Origin: Planctomycetota bacterium | Lineage (GTDB): Bacteria; Planctomycetota; Planctomycetia; Pirellulales; Pirellulaceae | Reading direction: 5' to 3' | DNA: 64,000 nucleotides | Assembly (NCBI GenBank): GCA_003671195.1 | Contig: QWPJ01000140.1 | Coordinates: 1,329 to 65,328 of the forward strand | In this document: piece after piece, positions 62,039 through 64,000 of the stretch | Layout of the letters: every line of letters begins with the position of its first letter | Position numbering within the stretch: the first letter of the stretch is position 1 | Program-made: the position numbers and the translations under genes | The notes under the pieces: generated by a model | What the model saw: the letters and a program-made list of their open reading frames with translations, nothing else | Told to the model about the DNA's origin: nothing | Database searches by the model: none

Positions 62039-62055
62039 AGCAAGACCCGTGCCAA
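62039..62055 (-). promoter_or_regulatory. Sigma-54 (-24/-12) promoter of hsp20
   Basis: Minus strand TTGGCACGGGTCTTGCT matches TGGCACG-N4-TTGC(A/T). Confidence 0.75.
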
Positions 62056-62284
62056 ACAGCAGAGCCGACGTGAAATCTTTGCAAAACCGCCGACTCTCAA
62101 GGGCGCGGTCGGGGTAGGGGGGCTGGGTATCCCTGATTGACACCGCAGGATCCATCCAAACAATGGAATTGCCCGTCGAGTCTTGGTTTTGTAGGGTTAG
62201 CGTTCGGAATTTGCGTTTCTATATCCCTTGCTCGTTTCTATATCCCTTGCTCCGGGGTGCACTTTGGCTCGAATAACTGCAGGC

Positions 62285-63346
62285 ATGGTTTCATCGGTTT
62301 TGATTTCGCTGGTGGGCCTGCTTTCGCTCAACGCAGGATGTCTTCCCAGCCCAGCAGAAATCGGCTCGGGTTCACCGATAGCGGTTTCTGCTGCACCAAG
62401 CGGTGAAGCCCCGAGCGGAGCGCAGATCACGTCGCGTGGGTGGCGCCCGCCGGCTCCGTTGGATGCCAAGCGTGCGTTCAGTTACCTCGAGAGACTCTGC
62501 AAGATAGGCTCTCGGACCACGGGTACGGCCGGGATGCTTCAGCAGCAACGGTTGCTTGAGGATCATTTTGTAGCTTTGGGCGGCAAACCCGAATGGCAAG
62601 TGTTCATGCACAAACACCCGCTTACGGGCCAGCAGGTCGAGGTGAAAAATCTGATCGTGCGATGGAAACCTGAGATCAAGCAACGAGTGCTCCTGTGCTC
62701 CCACTACGACACTCGGCCCTATCCCGACCAGGACCCGAAGAATCCCAAGGGGCTATTCGTCGGGGCCAACGATGGAGGAAGCAGCACGGCGCTTCTGATG
62801 GAGCTTGCCCATGCGGTGCCCAAAATGGATCTGAAGGTCGGTGTCGACTTTGTTTTTTTTGATGCCGAGGAATTGGTCTATATCGACAACGGAATGACTC
62901 TCGGAGATTACTTTGTCGGATCGACTTACTTTGCAGAGCAGATTGTTTCGACCCCAACTGAAACCACCTCCCCAACTAAAACCACTTATCGTGCAGGGAT
63001 TTTGATGGACATGATCGGCGATAAGGAGTTGCAGCTTTCCTGGGACGAGGTCAGTTTCAAATATGCGCCGTTATTGGCCAAGGAGGTATGGGGAATTGCT
63101 AAAGAGCTAGGGCTCAAGGAATTCAGTCCGCGAGTTCTCCATTCGATTCGAGACGATCACCTTCCTTTGAATCAGATTGCCAAGATCCCGACGATCGACA
63201 TCATCGACTTTGACTACCCAACGATCGCTTCGCGATCCCGTAGTCACTGGCACACGATGGCAGATACACCGGACAAGTGTTCGGGCGAATCGATCACCAA
63301 AGTCGCAGCGGTAGTGATGACTTGGTTGCAGCGGCAGAAGCCTTAA
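62285..63346 (+). CDS. M28 family peptidase / glutaminyl cyclase-like lipoprotein
   Basis: LNAGC lipobox; SHYDT, GANDG, DAEE, DMIGD, DDH, WHT. Confidence 0.88.
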   Translation: MVSSVLISLVGLLSLNAGCLPSPAEIGSGSPIAVSAAPSGEAPSGAQITSRGWRPPAPLDAKRAFSYLERLCKIGSRTTGTAGMLQQQRLLEDHFVALGGKPEWQVFMHKHPLTGQQVEVKNLIVRWKPEIKQRVLLCSHYDTRPYPDQDPKNPKGLFVGANDGGSSTALLMELAHAVPKMDLKVGVDFVFFDAEELVYIDNGMTLGDYFVGSTYFAEQIVSTPTETTSPTKTTYRAGILMDMIGDKELQLSWDEVSFKYAPLLAKEVWGIAKELGLKEFSPRVLHSIRDDHLPLNQIAKIPTIDIIDFDYPTIASRSRSHWHTMADTPDKCSGESITKVAAVVMTWLQRQKP

Positions 63347-63361
63347 GGTTTGGATTTGAAT

Positions 63362-64000
63362 ATGTCCACACCGGACCCAACCCAATGCGGGGAACCTGCG
63401 GTTGAACTCCGACAAATCAGCTTTGACTACCGAGGAACCGTGGTCCTGGAAGATTTGCAGTGGCAGGTTTCGCGAGGGGAATTCCATAGCCTATTGGGTT
63501 CAAGCGGATCGGGAAAAACAACACTCTTGAAATTGATCGCGGGTTTGCAGCGGCCCTCGAAAGGCCATCTATGGCTCATGGGGCGTGAGTCGACCAAGGC
63601 TTCGTCGCATCAAAGAGGTATCGCGTTGGTTGGTCAGACCGCTGCGACTTACGACCATTTGAGTGTCTCGGAGAATTTGAAGCTTGCGGTGGAATTGTCC
63701 GGAAGCAAACCGAGGGGGCTTCAAGAGGACTTGGTCAATCAATTTGAGCTAGAGGGGGTACTGGGTCGAAAGCCAAGTGAGCTCTCAGGAGGGCAATTGC
63801 AGAGACTGGCCATTGTCCGCGCATTGCTCTCTGAGCGTTCGATTTTGCTTATGGACGAACCGCTGGCGCACCTGCAGGAGTCCCTGCGGAGCCCAATTCG
63901 CAAACTGCTGCGCCGTTGGCAACAGGATCGAGGGCTTACCTGCATCTATGTCACCCATGATTCCCAGGAAGCTTTCGAGCTCTCCGACCGGATCAGTGTG
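63362..64000 (+). CDS. ABC transporter ATP-binding protein (partial)
   Basis: Manual translation: GSSGSGKTT, LSGGQLQR, LMDEP, YVTHD; runs off the window. Confidence 0.9.
   Translation, partial: MSTPDPTQCGEPAVELRQISFDYRGTVVLEDLQWQVSRGEFHSLLGSSGSGKTTLLKLIAGLQRPSKGHLWLMGRESTKASSHQRGIALVGQTAATYDHLSVSENLKLAVELSGSKPRGLQEDLVNQFELEGVLGRKPSELSGGQLQRLAIVRALLSERSILLMDEPLAHLQESLRSPIRKLLRRWQQDRGLTCIYVTHDSQEAFELSDRISV

Overview
Bacterial chromosomal DNA, very probably from a planctomycete (Pirellulaceae-like). The evidence is a PSD1/planctomycete cytochrome c protein, a DUF1559 prepilin, a DUF1592+DUF1552 pair, a DWG-type Ser/Thr kinase and an orphan rsmH. The window holds about 50 densely packed CDSs, mostly housekeeping, envelope and metabolic genes (prs, an N-terminal-only glmU, coaD, phoD, deoC, rsmH, HU/IHF, apbE, ECF sigma/anti-sigma, mlaEFD, Hsp20, peptidases). 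I found no rRNA, tRNA, CRISPR array, transposase or integrase. The main non-routine signals are: (1) a GxxExxY (PD-(D/E)XK) nuclease gene sitting in one junction of a tandem array of ~175-185-bp inverted-repeat-bounded units (54.3-55.5 kb), with solo arms elsewhere and a GC-skew reversal nearby; (2) a ~4-kb islet carrying a Ser/Thr kinase and a Lys-tailed orphan gene, bracketed by two direct copies of a REP-like hairpin that show a compensatory substitution; (3) several other REP/REPIN-like families; (4) a 58-aa histone-H1-like gene; (5) a candidate ~290-nt structured RNA upstream of rsmH; (6) a Coq4-motif protein; (7) many recent short tandem duplications. All calls come from motif recognition by eye; no searches were run.
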